Of a stretch of 39,150 nucleotides of DNA, positions 19,952-34,017 are shown in pieces. Positions within the stretch are counted from its first letter, which is position 1. Each line of letters opens with the position of its first letter. Below the pieces are notes generated by a model. It worked only from the letters and a program-made list of their open reading frames with translations, did no database searches and had not been told where the DNA came from. Position numbers and translations under genes: made by a program. Source of the DNA: Nemertoderma westbladi (lineage: Eukaryota > Animalia > Xenacoelomorpha); assembly GCA_032718475.1 (NCBI GenBank), contig JAUCBJ010001627.1, positions 1-39,150 on the forward strand. Direction: 5' to 3'.

Positions 19952-20783
19952 TTAAATGTCATCAAATGGGTTCAAACTTAGTTAGATACCAAAATTTCAT
20001 TTTTATTTTTATTTTTTAAGGGGATTAGTGCCACAGGCACATGGCCAGAACCTACCATTTGGCGCAAGTGATGATTATTCTCAATTTTCGCGATGGCCAA
20101 CTTTGATTTCTCCTACTGCATTAATATTGTGATCATTAGAACCGCAATGACCAATTTAGTGGGTGTAGACACCTTAAAAACAAACGTAGAGCGAATAGTT
20201 CTTGAGATATCGCAGAAAATGTGACACAAGCACAAGTCTACATTACCGCCTTGATGTGATAATGGACAAATACACTAAAAATGATATTTGAATTATCTCA
20301 AGGAATCAAGAATAGACACATCACAGAAATGATCGATATAGTGGGTGCAGACATCTTCAAAATAAGAGTAGAGTCATTAGTTCTTGAGTTATTTTATAAA
20401 ATGTCAAGACTATGTCCACAATTTAATACTTGATATTGAGTTGACCCATTCCACACATTTTGTACAAAAACTATAGTGAATTAATCACTGCTCTTTAATT
20501 TTGAAGGTGTCTGTATACACATACTTAATATTTTCTGCATATCTCAAGAACTTTCACTCTTTTGATGGTGTCTACCCCCACTAAATCGGTCATTACTGTT
20601 CTAATGAGCATAATACAGTATTAATGCCGTAGGAGAACTAAAAGCTGTCCATCACCAAAATTGAGAATAAGGTATTGCCAATGGGTAGGTTCTGGTCATG
20701 TGCCTGTGGCACTTCTTCCCTTCGTCCCAAAATCAAAATTTTGGTATCTAACTAAGTTTGGACCCATTTGATGACGTTTGATG
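19950..20783. mobile_element. Foldback/MITE-like element with ~250-bp imperfect inverted arms
   Basis: gtcatcaaatgggttcaaacttagttagataccaaaattt and agtgccacaggcacatggccagaacctacc at left are mirrored at 20684-20776. Confidence 0.85.
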
Positions 20784-21989
20784 CATGCAGGAAGTTCTTT
20801 CTTGAGTCATTGATCTTTCATCAATGTGTTATATTGTTATAAATTTCATTATGGTGCATCGCGATGGCTCAAAATTTCACGCCTTATTTTTTTACCATTT
20901 GGCAACTTTTGTGCACTGGTAGAACAATGAAATCGTAAAAAAAGTAAAAAACGCACCGCCCTAGTGCGCAGGGCCTCTGGGGCCGCATCCGATTTTTACA
21001 ACAATGTAGTTTACATGCTCAGTGAAAAAATATAAAAAAAATATTAGAATGAAATTCGACAATTAATTTTTATTACAACAGTACTGTACATGAAAAGGAT
21101 AATATTTTGTAGCCTCGTAAGCTTACAAGAACAATGGTTAATTACAGTAGAACCACCTCAAAGTGTCTTGGCTTTATTTCACCAGTTACACCAAATTTAT
21201 ACTTCAACAACCTTATTTGTTTATTTATTCAACCAGAAAACATTACGCTACCCGTACAAACTACACAAACAAAGTACAGACCAAACGCTGGCAGACTACT
21301 ATCAAGCCTAAATAAACTACAGTATATGCAGACTCCGAAATGGTTAGTTAGTATGCGTTCTAACTTGGTTGGTACCAACGGAATACTTTCCATGAAATTC
21401 CAAATATGTAACATAATATTAACTTCGTTGTGAAATAGCCAGAGCTATTTCTTTGAAAATTAAGATATGGTGGCTTGTGATTCTACAAATAATGTACAAA
21501 TATTCTGTTGAGTACTTCATAGGTGACTGACATCCTGCTACAGTACCTGCTATAATACTGCACTATAAATTTCAAAGATCTATTGCATGGTAAATTTATT
21601 TAGCAAAAACCTATGAAACCTAAGGTTTTCTTTAAAAAACCTACGAAAAAATCCTAATCCTATTTGAATCGTAAATTATTTCCTTTTCGCTCGAATATAC
21701 CATAAAATCGGGATAAAAACGATCATTTTTTCCCTGGGGGAAAAAGCAACCCATTGGGTTGCATTGATTTACTTTTTTCCCTGCGAAATAAGTACAGTAA
21801 TATATAATAATTTTGGTGGAATTCCTTACATTTTATTACATGTGCTGAAAGAGCATTGACGTAGAAAAGGTTTTAATTTGAGCAATGTGAGCAGGAATTT
21901 TATGCAATTTATGCAATGACAATTATGCAATGTAATGGGGAGCGGGCAAAACTTTGCAGGAGGGCGTATGGTGATGCTGAGACCCCACT

Positions 21990-22460
21990 GACAGAGAGTT
22001 TCACTTCCCGACTAGTTATCGGGTGAGCCAGAATTTTTAATTTATTAGTTACTAGAGTTTAAAAAACGTATCTCCTGCGATATTGCTATTATTCTATTAA
22101 ATAATAACACCATATTCTAGAACATTTTGTTTATGTATGAATGAATAACTACATAATAGTATGATTAAAGAAGCATTACATTGTTGCCCAGCTACGTATG
22201 GGATAAACAAAATGTTCCAGAATATGATGTATTTATTAAATTGAATAAATAAAATACAATAAAATAAATGAAATATTTTTACTAATTTTTCTGTGATACT
22301 CATGGGCTACCATACTAAAGAATGAAATCAAAAATAAAAATTATGGCTCACCCACCAAGGAGAAGTTGAGTGAAACTATCTTTGTTTCAAATTTCATGCA
22401 ATTTCATTAATATTTGTAGAATACTTTGGGGGGGGGGGGGGGGTGGTGGTAGGCATGTCC
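21990..22460. repeat. Dispersed repeat family, inverted pair; another copy at ~31021-31190
   Basis: gggtgagc(c/t)agaattttta and aaactatc..tgtttcaaatttcatgcaat motifs shared in both orientations. Confidence 0.6.
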
Positions 22461-23347
22461 AAAAATATCGACACTATATTACAGGTGTATATTGGTGGGT
22501 TGTTTTTGTTGGCCTTGTAGTTTCATTGGTTGGGGAAGGGGGGGGGGGGGGGGGGGGTGGTTTATTTCAAAGTCATCAGTAGTGTATGTACTCATACATT
22601 CTTGGGAATAAGCTTAGATGGAAATATTAATAGGTTGGACAATAGCAGTATGCTTTATTGTGTTTGTTTTTACATAATGTATAAATATTGTACAATCTAT
22701 CTGCAACATATAAATTAAATAATTTAATATAATATAATCTCATACACACCAGAAAGGGTGGTACATAATATTGTACATAATTGACAAATTACAAAATTGT
22801 AGAATGGTACATATTATTTATAATATTGCTAGAGTCAATATAGTTTCTGGAATTTAATGGTCCCCCGCCCCCCTCCCCCTCCATCCTTCTCTCTATAATC
22901 ATTAGTAAAATTATGTTATATTATTCCTATTCCCATTTATATATTTTATTACTTGTTTTTATAATATATGGACGTAACATATGTCTAGCCCTTTAGTTTA
23001 GAAGCAAATTATTATTGAATAAGTTACATTTTTTATAACGCATCTGGCAGCAATACTCGAGCCATGACGATGACATGACGCTCGAGTATGAAAGCCCCTA
23101 AATTTAGTAGGTCATGCTCGAGCTGAATATTCACTAATCTGTACTACTAATTAAAACTAGATTGTTTCGGGGGGGGGGGGGGGGGGGGGGGAATTATGGG
23201 ATTGATAGAATATATAAATATACAAAATAATGTAAATAATGTAATAGTTTTAGGTAGAAAGATATTCGTGATAATGAACAACACATCTATTACATCTAAA
23301 CATTGTAATGATCCTAAAAAATGTATCACATCATATAAGATAGTTTA

Positions 23348-23646
23348 GGCCCACCGCACACTAGAGATGCAAGATGCAAGATGCATCGTATTTTATTTTA
23401 TATATTATACTTTGATTATATTAATGTATATTTCAAAGAATTTATCATGCATCTTGCATATCTAGTGTACTTCCTCCCATAGTCTACCATGTATTCTATA
23501 ATTCGAGATGCAAGATGCAAAAAATAGAACATCAAGGATGTCCTTTTTTCCATCTTGCATCTCGCATCTCTAGTTTGCGTGGTCTGATAGGAAATAATGT
23601 ATTCTAAAAAAAAATTGCATCTTGAATCTCTAGTGTGCGCCGGGCC
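23348..23646. mobile_element. PIF/Harbinger-type MITE (299 bp)
   Basis: TIRs ggcccaccgcacactagagatgcaagatgca / tgcatcttgaatctctagtgtgcgccgggcc; TTA on both flanks; internal gatgcaa repeats. Confidence 0.85.
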
Positions 23647-23854
23647 TTAGATAACACTAGAAGCTGCTCTGATTCCAGTTACGCTGTCAGCATACGACAC
23701 TCATTTTGCATCACTTCTTGCATACATACTGTACTTCTTCTCGTGTTGCTTCTGTATGTATATAATCTTAAAAAGTGTGATATATATATAATAATGTATG
23801 AATTATTGCACAATGCACAAATATAGGCTTAATCCTATTAGTACCAGGCTATAA

Positions 23855-24077
23855 AACTTTGAAAGTCCTCAGCAAATCTCTGATCGGATGAGCATAAGCT
23901 CAAAGGATGGCAAGCTTGAGCATGTGGACGACTTCTGTTACCTGGGATCATGGAACCGGAAGTCACGTAAGGATCATCAAATAAGTAATGAAATGAAAGG
24001 CATGGGCAGCATTAAATGAGCTTTCCAGGATTTGGAAGTCACACAGAATTCATCGGAAACTTAATGTCCGATTATTT
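23855..24077 (+). pseudogene. Diverged duplicate of an internal LINE RT segment
   Basis: Aligns with 24976-25197 with substitutions and deletions. Confidence 0.9.
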
Positions 24078-25675
24078 GCCTTTGCAGAAGTGAAGGCTGC
24101 TGCAAAGAGCATTAAGACCAATCGTGCCAGTGGAGTAGATGGTGTTCCCCCTGAGGTCTTTAAAATACTAATAAAAGAGGTGTTTAAAGCTCATCTATCC
24201 CATCATAGTAGACATGTACCGTACAACAAGAGTCCCACAAGAAATGAAAACAAATAAGTTGGTGCCAGTTCCCAAGAAGGGCAACCTAACACTCTATGGT
24301 TCTTTTCGGGGAATCTCATTGATCTTGATTGCTGCAAAACTATACAATAGGATTCTATTAAATCGCATCAGGGATCCCATTGAGAGACTGCTCCGTGGAA
24401 ATCAGAATGGGTTCCGTAAAGGTCGTGGGACCATGGAGCCCATTTTGGCACTTAGAAGGATAATTGAAGAGTTATCAAAAAAGAAAGACAGGCATCTGGC
24501 TGTTATCTTTGTTGACTTCTTCAAGGCCTTTGATTCAGTCTCTCGCTCACGTATGTTCAGCATACTTTCATTATATGGGATTCCTGATGAAATTATTGCA
24601 GCAATCAGATCAGTATACGATGGTTCGACAACATTTGTGTCTACTGTTGACGGTGACACAGAACCATTTGAAGTGTTATGGGGCATCCTCCAAGGAGACA
24701 CACTTGCACCATTCTTGTTCATTATTGTGGTTGACTATGTTCTACGCATGTCCTTAGATCATCATAATGATGATGGGGTGATGATAACTCCACCTACTGG
24801 CTCCAGAAGTCGAGGAAATCCTGCCAAGTACCTAACTGATCTAGACTTTGCTGATGACTTAGGAGTACTCTCAGAATCATTAGAGGGAGCCCAACGGCTC
24901 CTCAGCTCATTAGAACATGCTGCTTCTAGTGTTGGTCTTTTTATTAACTCCAGAAAGACCAAAATTCTGACAGTTAACTTTGAAAGTCCCCAGCAAGTCT
25001 CTGATCGGATGAGCATAAGCTCAAAAGATGGTATGCTTGAGCATGTGGATGACTTCTGTTACCTGGGATCATGGATCCGGAAGTCAGGTGAGGACCTTCG
25101 AATACGTAAGGAGGGAAAGGCATGGGCAGCCTTGAATAGGCTTTCCAGGATTTGGAAGTCACCTAGAATTAATCGGAAACTTAAGGTCCGATTATTTAGA
25201 GCAGCAGTAGTTCCAGTACTCCTCTACGGGAGTCCATGCTGGGCTCTAACTGCTGAGGACACCAAATCTCTGGATGCCACATTCACAAGAATGCTACGCC
25301 GGGTTCATTGTGTCAAGTACAATGCACACATCTCCAACCAGACACTATATAACATTGGAGGTGTCTCATTGGTTCCCCCAAGCTTGACACTAGAACAAAA
25401 TCGCCTCCGCTTTGCAGGACATTGCTTTCGCCGTGAGGACCAGCCAGTGCATAATCTTGTACTTTGGCAGCCTCATGGAGTGAATAAGCATGGTGGACAG
25501 CCCATGACTTTCTTGAGACGCATCTTAAAGGACACTGGCCTTAAAGATGCGGATGATCTAGCAAATGTCATGTGTGATAGGGAGTTGTGGCGGTGCAATT
25601 TTGTTGACAAGCCGGCACAGCATTCTTAAAAATGCAGCTGCAATGCAGCATGCCGATCCTAGTAGTAGTAGTAGT
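24075..25675 (+). mobile_element. 5'-truncated RTE-like LINE; RT ORF 24214-25629, (AGT)n tail
   Basis: ASGVDGVPPE, FRGISL, QNGFRKGR, FVDFFKAFDSV, QGDTLAPFLF, DFADD, YLG; short 3' UTR ending (AGT)5 at 25661-25675. Confidence 0.92.
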
Positions 25676-27545
25676 GGTTGTCAAGTTTCCATCAACATTG
25701 AAAGTCATAAATTCGGTCTTGGTAGCATTTATATGCAATCCAACCTCCTTAGCAGCCCTCTCCACTTTATTTAGAAGAAGATGTGCATCTGCTAGCGTAT
25801 TAGAGAGCAGGGCGATGTCATCCGCAAAGTCGGTCTCTGTGACTGTAGTTGCCGGATATCTACTACTTCTGCATTCTTGAAGTGTGAATCCCAGATCTTC
25901 ACCCTTTGTGGCCGTCCTCATTGCATAATCCAGTACAATTACAAATAGTAATGGTGCTAATGTGTCACCTTGCAGTACGCCAGCCAGGATTTAAAAAACT
26001 CAGTTTCACCATCTGGTGAGAGTACCTGCGCTTCTGTGTCACAATATATCAATTCAATGCCAGCAACAATTACTTCTGGTATTCCATAATTCTAATTATT
26101 TCAAGCATTTTTCCCTCTATGGTTAGAGTCGAATGCCTTCTTGAAGTCCACAAAAATCATGACTGTGGGGAGATTCTTTGACTTAATTCCTTCAATCATT
26201 CTCTGTAGTGCAAGTATCTGAGTTATTGTTGATCTATTTGGTCGAAATCCGTTTTGGTTCTTACGTAGTAGTTTCTCCATGAGATGCCTAATCCTATATA
26301 TAATAATTTTATTGTATATTTTGGCAGCTACCACAAGCACAACAGATCCCACGATAGTTTGTTGGCATACTGAGGGTCTCCTTTCTTGGGGAGAGGCTTT
26401 AGTTGACCTACCTTTAGACCAAATTCGTGGTGGCCTTTCCACTTTTAACATCCGGTTGCAAACATTCAATAATGGTCTGTTTAGTACTCCTGTTTTCCAT
26501 ACCTCCGTTGGAATTTCATCTAATCCACTCGCTTTATTATTGGACATGTTTTTAATGCTTCTGTGGAGTTCAGCAGGTGTGAAAGTCCCCTGTTTCTATA
26601 GGTAGTATCTTGTCATATATTTTCCTTGTAGGGCTGACCTCGATGTTTGGTGGCTGCCCAAGCAAGTTGCTGAAGTGATTTTTCCACTTCCCAACACGTT
26701 CTTCGGGACTATCGGCTTTGAGGCGCCCCTTTGCACAACTTTCCCGACCAGATACCCCATTTACAGTTTGCCAGGTAAGTCTTGATTGTTGCTGTATGTG
26801 AGCAGTTGTAATTGCTTCAATTTTATCCTGTATATACTTTTCCTGGCTGATGTTGTAGGCCAATTTAAGATCGTTCTTAGCTTTCTCAACCTTTTCATTT
26901 ATTGGTTGTTCAGTTTTACTTTGTAGGCTATCTTAAGATTTTATCTCTTACAAGTAACCTCAGAGTTTCACCATGGCACATACTGTTTTCGTTTGGGTTT
27001 CTGTGGGATATGCCTCTTAGCTGATTCCTTGGGGGCTTTTATTATATTCTGGTATATTGAATTGGTGGATTGGTCTTCATCCATTGACTGAAGTGCTTCA
27101 AAGCGGTTTTGAACTTCTACTGTATAAGCATCCTTTACAGCATTGTCAGTTCTGAGTTTCTCCCAGTCATATTTGATTTGCTTGCTTGTCCTGGATTTGC
27201 TGGCTCTCAAACTGAGTCTGATCTCTGCAGTCACAATTCTGTGGTCCGAACCAATTAGGTTGAACGAGCTTTATAAGGATGTAATCCAGTTGTGCTTTGG
27301 TTCCATTAGGGCATTGAAAGGTCCCTTACTCTTTTCGAATGTGTTGTTTGTTGGTATCAATTCACATTCTTCCATTAGGTCTAAAAGTAAGTACCCATTT
27401 CTGTTAGAACTGGTGTTATAGGTGTAACCCTTGATGTCTTCTGGGCCAATTTGCGCATTCAGGTCACCAGCAATGACTTTAACATTGTATTTCGGAATGT
27501 CCTTTATAAGTCCAGTCAGATCTTAATAAAACTTGACTGCTTATT
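25676..27545 (-). pseudogene. Second RTE-like LINE: APE endonuclease C-terminus and RT, frameshifted, 3'-truncated
   Basis: VIAGDLNAQIG, GSDHRIV, KASGLDEIP, QNGFRPNRST, FVDFKKAFDS, QGDTLAP, DFADD. Confidence 0.92.
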
Positions 27546-27699
27546 CTGGCCTGGGCTGACAGCTACAGGTAGTACCACATTACTGCCATAGTGGTAGCAG
27601 GATCTGGGGACCTGACCTGACCTGACTTGATTTGATATGTAATGCTAAGTAAGGCCTCATAATCCCCATGGGGGTCAATGCTAATATTTCTTGTGGGGG

Positions 27700-27790
27700 C
27701 AGCAGTTGAAAAAATGTATTTCTATCCATTCGAAAATATCTTCTGAAGTGGTCATTATCACCAGTTTGTATTAGTAGGTTTAGCATTAGG
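27700..27790 (-). pseudogene. PIF/Harbinger transposase N-terminal fragment
   Basis: DNDHFRRYFRMDRNTFFQLL matches the FxxxFRMxxxxFxxL motif; short, nothing else remains. Confidence 0.6.
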
Positions 27791-28230
27791 TATTAGGTGT
27801 TTTCTCCAAGATTGTTCCTTTGAAGAAACAACTACAACCTTTAAGTCCAACATTGCGGTTCGAATGAGCCTAAGATTAGGATTCTATGGGTACAAGAAGT
27901 TGGTCAACACGAAAATTGAGTTTATAAGTTTGTCGCACAAATTGTCGCTTTGGTGCGAAATGTTTAAGGTGCTTGTGCTACCTCAAGATGTCAATGAATT
28001 TTCAAATTTTCCTTGCTTAGCAAAACAGAACAATATATATCAATAAATAAATAAATATATATATATATATAGATATAACTTATATATAATTTTGAGTTGA
28101 ACGAAATATATTTTTGACAGACCAATATCAAGCAAGTAAAATTGTTTGGAAACAGAGAAACAACATGTTCCTTCCATCTGTTCAACCGAAGTAGTCATCA
28201 TTTTATTTAAGCCTATCCACTAACCAACAG

Positions 28231-28785
28231 ATGAAGGGCATGTTCCAAAATACTGTACGTAGATACTCCAAAAATTACGATCTTGACATCAACATTAATG
28301 TAGTCACGAAGAACCCCACATCACTAGGACAAATACTAACCAAAAATAAAACTCAATCGCAAACACACACAAATAACACCACTAATGAGCCATGTAACTC
28401 TAGCCGCTGCCTTACATGCAAAACTATCACTGACATACAACAGACACCATGGGGTGAAACGATAAAAGGTAAGTCCCACACTGTATGTTACTTGGACTGG
28501 TGCCACTGCCACCCTACTCTATACTACATAGGCCAAACGAGACAGAAACTTCAGAAACGCTTTAATGGACACCACAACAACATACGACACTACCCCTAAC
28601 GAGCCAATGACTGAAAAACACATGAAGACATACTCCTAGCTAGGCACATATACGGTTGTGGTTTAGAAAATCTACGCACCGCAACCATAAAACAATTCAC
28701 AAACATACCCGAACTACTAGCGACGGAAGCTAACCTAATCTATACATACAACCCCCCACTTAACGTAGCAAGACCAGCAATCTAA
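28231..28785 (+). pseudogene. Penelope-like element 3' end: Cys linker and GIY-YIG endonuclease
   Basis: PCNSSRCLTC; VCYLDWCHCHPTLYYIGQTRQKLQKRFNGH; same frame continues past two stops to TEANLIYTYNPPLN. Confidence 0.88.
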
Positions 28786-29329
28786 ACCCAACGCTTTATA
28801 TAATACACCCTATATATACCCTTACAAAACTACAGTGCCCTCTATAGCGAATTTCCGGGGTTTTTATATGCTTTTCCCCTATCTTCCTTTTTGTTTTTGT
28901 CTTGGTTTTTCTGTTTCTTGTGATTTCTTACTCTGTAAAAATTCCCCGGCAACCCATTACCTTAACCAATATGTAGACAGCTATCATTATGTTGCATTCT
29001 ACCTAACCATGCGCTTTAAGTAGATACCTCATAATCCTATGTAACCTACCTAATCCAATTATACCATTCAGTATGTAGACACATGACCACTCCTGGGATT
29101 TCCCTATCAACTTCTCCCAACCTTATAACCCAACCTGCAGCCCTATGTCTGTACTTTAGATTGACAGCTTACAACCAACTCGGTGTATTTTCCCTATCAC
29201 AATTACCTTACGCTATACAGTACATACATACACGTTAACCTTTCTGGGATTCACCTATCAGGTATTCCCCTTTAAAACTTATATATATATATATATAGAC
29301 CCCCACCTTTTCCTGTTAGTTGCCAGTAC

Positions 29330-29369
29330 ATAGTCTGATGCAGACCGGTAGGTCGAAAACGTTTACTAT
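29330..29369 (+). ncRNA. Minimal type I hammerhead ribozyme-like motif in the Penelope pseudo-LTR
   Basis: ATAGT CTGATGC A GACC-ggta-GGTC GAA AACGTT T ACTAT: stem I, CUGANGA-like core with A9 as C, stem II, GAAA, palindromic stem III. Confidence 0.75.
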
Positions 29370-29569
29370 TGTATCTTTATCTAATATAATATAACCAGCT
29401 AAAGACCATCAATACTTTATTTTTTCTATCATCTTTACATTATGCTGCCGCTGGTGAATACCTACCACTTCATCCCTTCGTATCATATAATAACATAATA
29501 CAATATTTTAATCAATATGAATAATTGTTGAATAACTCAATAAATGGGGATACGGCATTGAAAAACCAT

Positions 29570-30530
29570 TTCACCTGTGTAGCAATACACGCGGAACTAA
29601 TGATGTTCTTCATCCTCAATAGCATCTACATCATTCTGAGCGCAGTTCTTGCATAAACATTGTTCCTGTGGAACCTGTTTCCACCGCCCAGTTTCTATAG
29701 CTAGCTCGTTTTCACCTGATACGGAATATAAGAAAGAATCAATAAATTTTATTTGTTCCAGGATTCAAGGAATTGTGACGTTTGTAGATGCGGATTCATC
29801 CTAAGGTAGGTACATAATTTAGTGCGGTTATTACAGGCTTAAACTTTAATGTGGTCCTTCATTTTGTTGAGTTATGGCTGCATGGACCACATCGCGAGAT
29901 CCATTGAATTCATTAACATGTTTGTAGTGTCTTACATACTTGGTAACCTGGCACATTTCTATCAATCTTTTATAAATATAATCACGAGGTTTATTCATGA
30001 ATTTTTTCCAATGTAATTAAATGTGTTTCGGCAAATAATATTGCACTTGGTAAATTATTTCTGACGGACAACATCGCGCGGAAAAATTTAGTTTATTAGA
30101 CTTGAATTAGAGAATTATTAGTGATTCCATGCAACTATATGTCACACTTGCGCTTTACTTTGTAGTACTGCTGTACACCTACCACTAACATTATTTTTTT
30201 ACTTAACTTGCTTGATGAATTAAATTAAATGAGAATTATTAATATTACATTTATATGACCTAATCTAATATCATATAGATACAACATTTTGTCCACATTT
30301 GAGTCTCTGTAAAGTGCATCATATTGTTGATACACAGCTGCAGATATTTTATGATTCGTTCCCATGTTCGTGTGACACACATTCGTTCTACAGTGTTTAT
30401 GTTAGACTCAACTCAAACAGCAATCATTTTACATTGTCATCTGCATTAAAAAATGCTCTAAAAAAACTCCCATCTGATATTAAAAACAATATTGGGCTTA
30501 GGATTGCTGTACTCTATTCAACAACTGTAA
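29570..30530 (-). pseudogene. Highly decayed LINE (RTEX-like C-terminus)
   Basis: ELAIETGRWKQVPQEQCLCKNC...IEDEEH at ~29600-29710; AILSPILFLI and NADD remnants at ~30430-30510. Confidence 0.6.
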
Positions 30531-31752
30531 CACAATGCCAATAGAAGTGGATTTTTAAGATTGTTAACATATGTTATCCCATTGGTGATGGTAGGAAAAT
30601 TTAAGCAAGGCTGTGATTAGCTGATTATTTGCGAATGTTGGTAGTTTGTTGGGAATTACTGCAGAACCACTGAAGCACTACATACGATGCTGCACTGTAT
30701 CGTCACATTTCCTTTCACAGATAAATCGGTACTGGTTGGTGAAACAATATGTGGGATGTCAGATTGCAATTTCTCCCTCACCAGATCGAAATGGTGATAT
30801 TCCATATCCTCCTTTGGGATATATCGATTGAAAATGGGAAGAGAGAAGCAGCTACTTTAAGCACTGTAGCAGGAATTAGAAATAATGAAAATTAATGATA
30901 GGATTAGTAGTTATTTGGACTAACACTGGAAATTTAACCTGGCAATGGAGAGAATAATTAGTTTTGGTGGAACAAAACTAAACTCAATTACACCATATCC
31001 TGGAATCTAGTGTCGTTATTATGGTACATGCCCCCCCAAATTTTTCTACAAATCTTAATGAGATTGCATGAAATTTGAAACAGAGATAGTTTCCCCTCCC
31101 GACCACTGACTGGGTGAGCTAGAATTTTTATTTTCGCTTTCATTCTTTAGCTACAAGCTTTTGAAAAAGGTGTCTCCGTCAATATTGCACCAGTTACCAC
31201 AGTCATTCTTCAGCCTTATAGTGTAGTGATTTGTAGATACTAGTGGAAAGCTGGACATGCAAGGAATCCAAATATGTAAAAATATTTGAATTTGGTCGGG
31301 AAATAGCTGAGATATGGGCATTCGAATGTTGCATGTATTTACTTGCCCTGCAGGCCATTTATTCTATTAAATTAATATCTGTAAATTAATTTTCTTCCAT
31401 TTAAAATCATACAATTGCCACATTTGGGTTCTATGGAATTAAACAACAAGAAAATAAAGACATCGTCCAGATTTGAAACCTTCGATGTTAATCGCTGCAT
31501 TGTACACAATATGGACACAATATTGAAAGGCTCTGATAATGTAATTGTTTGAATACTTTCAGTCTCCTAATTAAGGAAATCCTATGAACTCCATGTTTCG
31601 CATTATTATCTCCTCGTTATGTCCTGGTGTCTTATTAAGCGTAGTTAACTGACCAAGGGCTTCATCCAAAATATGTTTCTTGTTGTGCCTGAAAACTCTA
31701 TTCTTCAGTTCAGTTTAGTTCAGATTTTCTTCAAATATTTTTTTAATATTGT

Positions 31753-32130
31753 TTACGGTTGCACCATAAACTTGCGCCAATCACGTTTCTGATTGTTGAT
31801 AACAGGCTTGCGTGTTTGGATGTAATACATTTCAAGCTTTTGCAAGACTGACCGCAATGGGTGTCTAGCAATTACAGTGAAATGTTTAAACAATTCACGC
31901 CAGTCAGTCATCCAACGTTTGTGTATTGGGCTCGCCGCAGTGTGTCATGATGTGGTTGTGCACAGTCTTACCCCGTTCGCTCCCATCATTGGCTGTCCCA
32001 TCCTGTTGCTGTCTAACGCGTTCAAACAAGTGTTGGATGGTGTGTCCAACATATTCCCCCTTACACGAGGGACAAGAGATAGAGTAAACAACATTAGACG
32101 CAAGGATTTTCGGGATAGGGTGTATGATAG
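31753..32130 (-). pseudogene. Second Penelope-like GIY-YIG fragment
   Basis: SNVVYSISCPSCKGEYVGHTIQHLFERV; further C-terminal LEMYYIQTRKPVINNQ. Confidence 0.82.
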
Positions 32131-33552
32131 AAATGGCAATATCAGTAGTATGCATGATTCAGGTAGAGAAGTGGGTGATGACAATAGCGATAGTATGGAA
32201 GATAGTGATGATTCTGATGGTATGGAAGTGGAAGATAGTAAGGTTCAGGATGTTCACAAAGATAAATGGAAATTACAGTAGATCCATTTACAGAATGCCC
32301 AGGAATGAATCCAGCTATCAATACAAAAGACTTTACGGAAATAGATTATCTTGAACTGTTTTTAACAGATGAACTGTTTAGTTCACTTACAAACTGGACC
32401 AACAAGCATGCAATCAAGTTTTACAAAGAATGTGCTAAGAAGGATACCAGAAATGAGGAAATTTGTTTTTGGTCTAACTCTACTTATGGGGATTATTCAT
32501 CAGCCAGATGTCATGTCTTACTGGGCAACAGATGGGATGATGGAAACACCGTATTTTCTCAACCCAAATAGTATAAGTCGAAATAGATATACTTTGATTC
32601 TGAAATTTCTGCGGTTTGCCAATTAGGATAATATAATACCTGAGCAAAGAGATAATACTAGAGTCAACTACTTTTTGTCACTAGTAAATGACACATGTAA
32701 GAAGGTATATTATAAGGTATGATATAAACTTATCTGTAGATAAATCATTATTACTACATAAGGGTTGGTTCACATTCAAGATGTTTATTAGAATGAAGCG
32801 AGCACGATTTTGATTAAAATATTTGTTCTATGTGACTCATCAGGATACATGATAACAAGTATGATTTATTATGGTTCAGGTTCAAAAATTCCTTTTGTAC
32901 TAAGTACCACTAAACTATCTCACAGAGAAAATGTTGTTGCTTTATTATTGGAGCAGGGTGGGTTATTGGAGAAAGATTATGTTGTCCATGTTGACAATTG
33001 GTATCGCACTTTATTTTTTTATTTTATTGGTGAAGAAATTGAATATAAGAAACCGCGTTCAATTGAACTCTACAATAAATACATGGGAGAGGTAGATGTG
33101 CAAGATCAACGGCTGAAGTATTATAACCCATGCAGAAAAAACCATTTATGGTTTAAAAAGATCGGCATAAATGCAATTGCGCATTTGATTATCAATGCTT
33201 ACATACTTTATAAAAAGCTCAATAATACTAAGAAGAGATGCCGATATTTCGACTTTCTAAAGAAGTCTATTCAATCGTTGGCAAATATCAAGCCTTAGAA
33301 TGCATTGCAGCGTATACGTATCTCTGGCAATATGTATTCACCGGCAGCTTGCCCACAACATCAACATCAAATAAACATCACTCAGTTGACATTTTACCTC
33401 CAATGGAAAAGATTCGGAAACCTCGGAATAGATGTAGAGTTTGCTATAGAAATTGGAAACGTATACTTACTAGATATTTTTGCCCCCAATGTGAAAGTAA
33501 ACTGGCACTCTGCCTTGGATGTGCTAATTGGATGAATAAAATATATAAATAA
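32130..33552 (+). pseudogene. piggyBac-family transposase pseudogene
   Basis: Acidic N-terminus; GLTLLMGI, YW, ISRNRY; catalytic-site contexts LSVDKS, VDNWY, YNKYMGEVDVQDQ; C-terminal RCRVC...CPQC...LC; several frameshifts and an internal deletion; TIRs not found. Confidence 0.92.
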
Positions 33553-34017
33553 AATTGGATGAAATGACCTAGAATGTGCTAAACCATGGTAAACTTAGAT
33601 CACGATACCTGAAGCGACCAAGAAACGACCTGACACGAGCTGAAACGACAATAAAAACTACATAATGTAAACTGTGCTAAAACCATGAACTTAGGCCTAC
33701 TGTAGATACTTGGTGAACTGGCTATTTTCATATGCCACAGACAGCCACATGTCCCTAAAAGGTGCCACGTATCACCACTAGGTGCCACTAAAAGGTGCCA
33801 CGTCCCAAAATATCAATTCACAGCGCCTTTCTATCATCTATCTACTTGAAATCTACTATTAATATACTAGGTATAAGTGTATAATTGTTATGATTATAAT
33901 GTTCTGATGTAATTATAACTGATACAAGCAAATAATAAATGTTCTTTACATTTTACTGATAGAGGTCAAATCAAATCCCCCAAGTTATCCCCCCTCCTCA
34001 ATTTTCAATTTTGCTCA

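Noticed and set aside
20074-20088. 15-mer identical to the PBS region inside the foldback element
   Set aside because: Very AT-rich with no flanking similarity; treated as chance and kept only as a caveat on the self-priming call.
20800-23340. Host-gene exons in the AT-rich stretch
   Set aside because: Only short low-complexity ORFs and poly-G runs; a small exon cannot be excluded by eye.
31580-31680. Hammerhead downstream of the second Penelope fragment (minus strand GGATGAAG...GAAACATG)
   Set aside because: Core too degenerate and no stem I or II pairing found.
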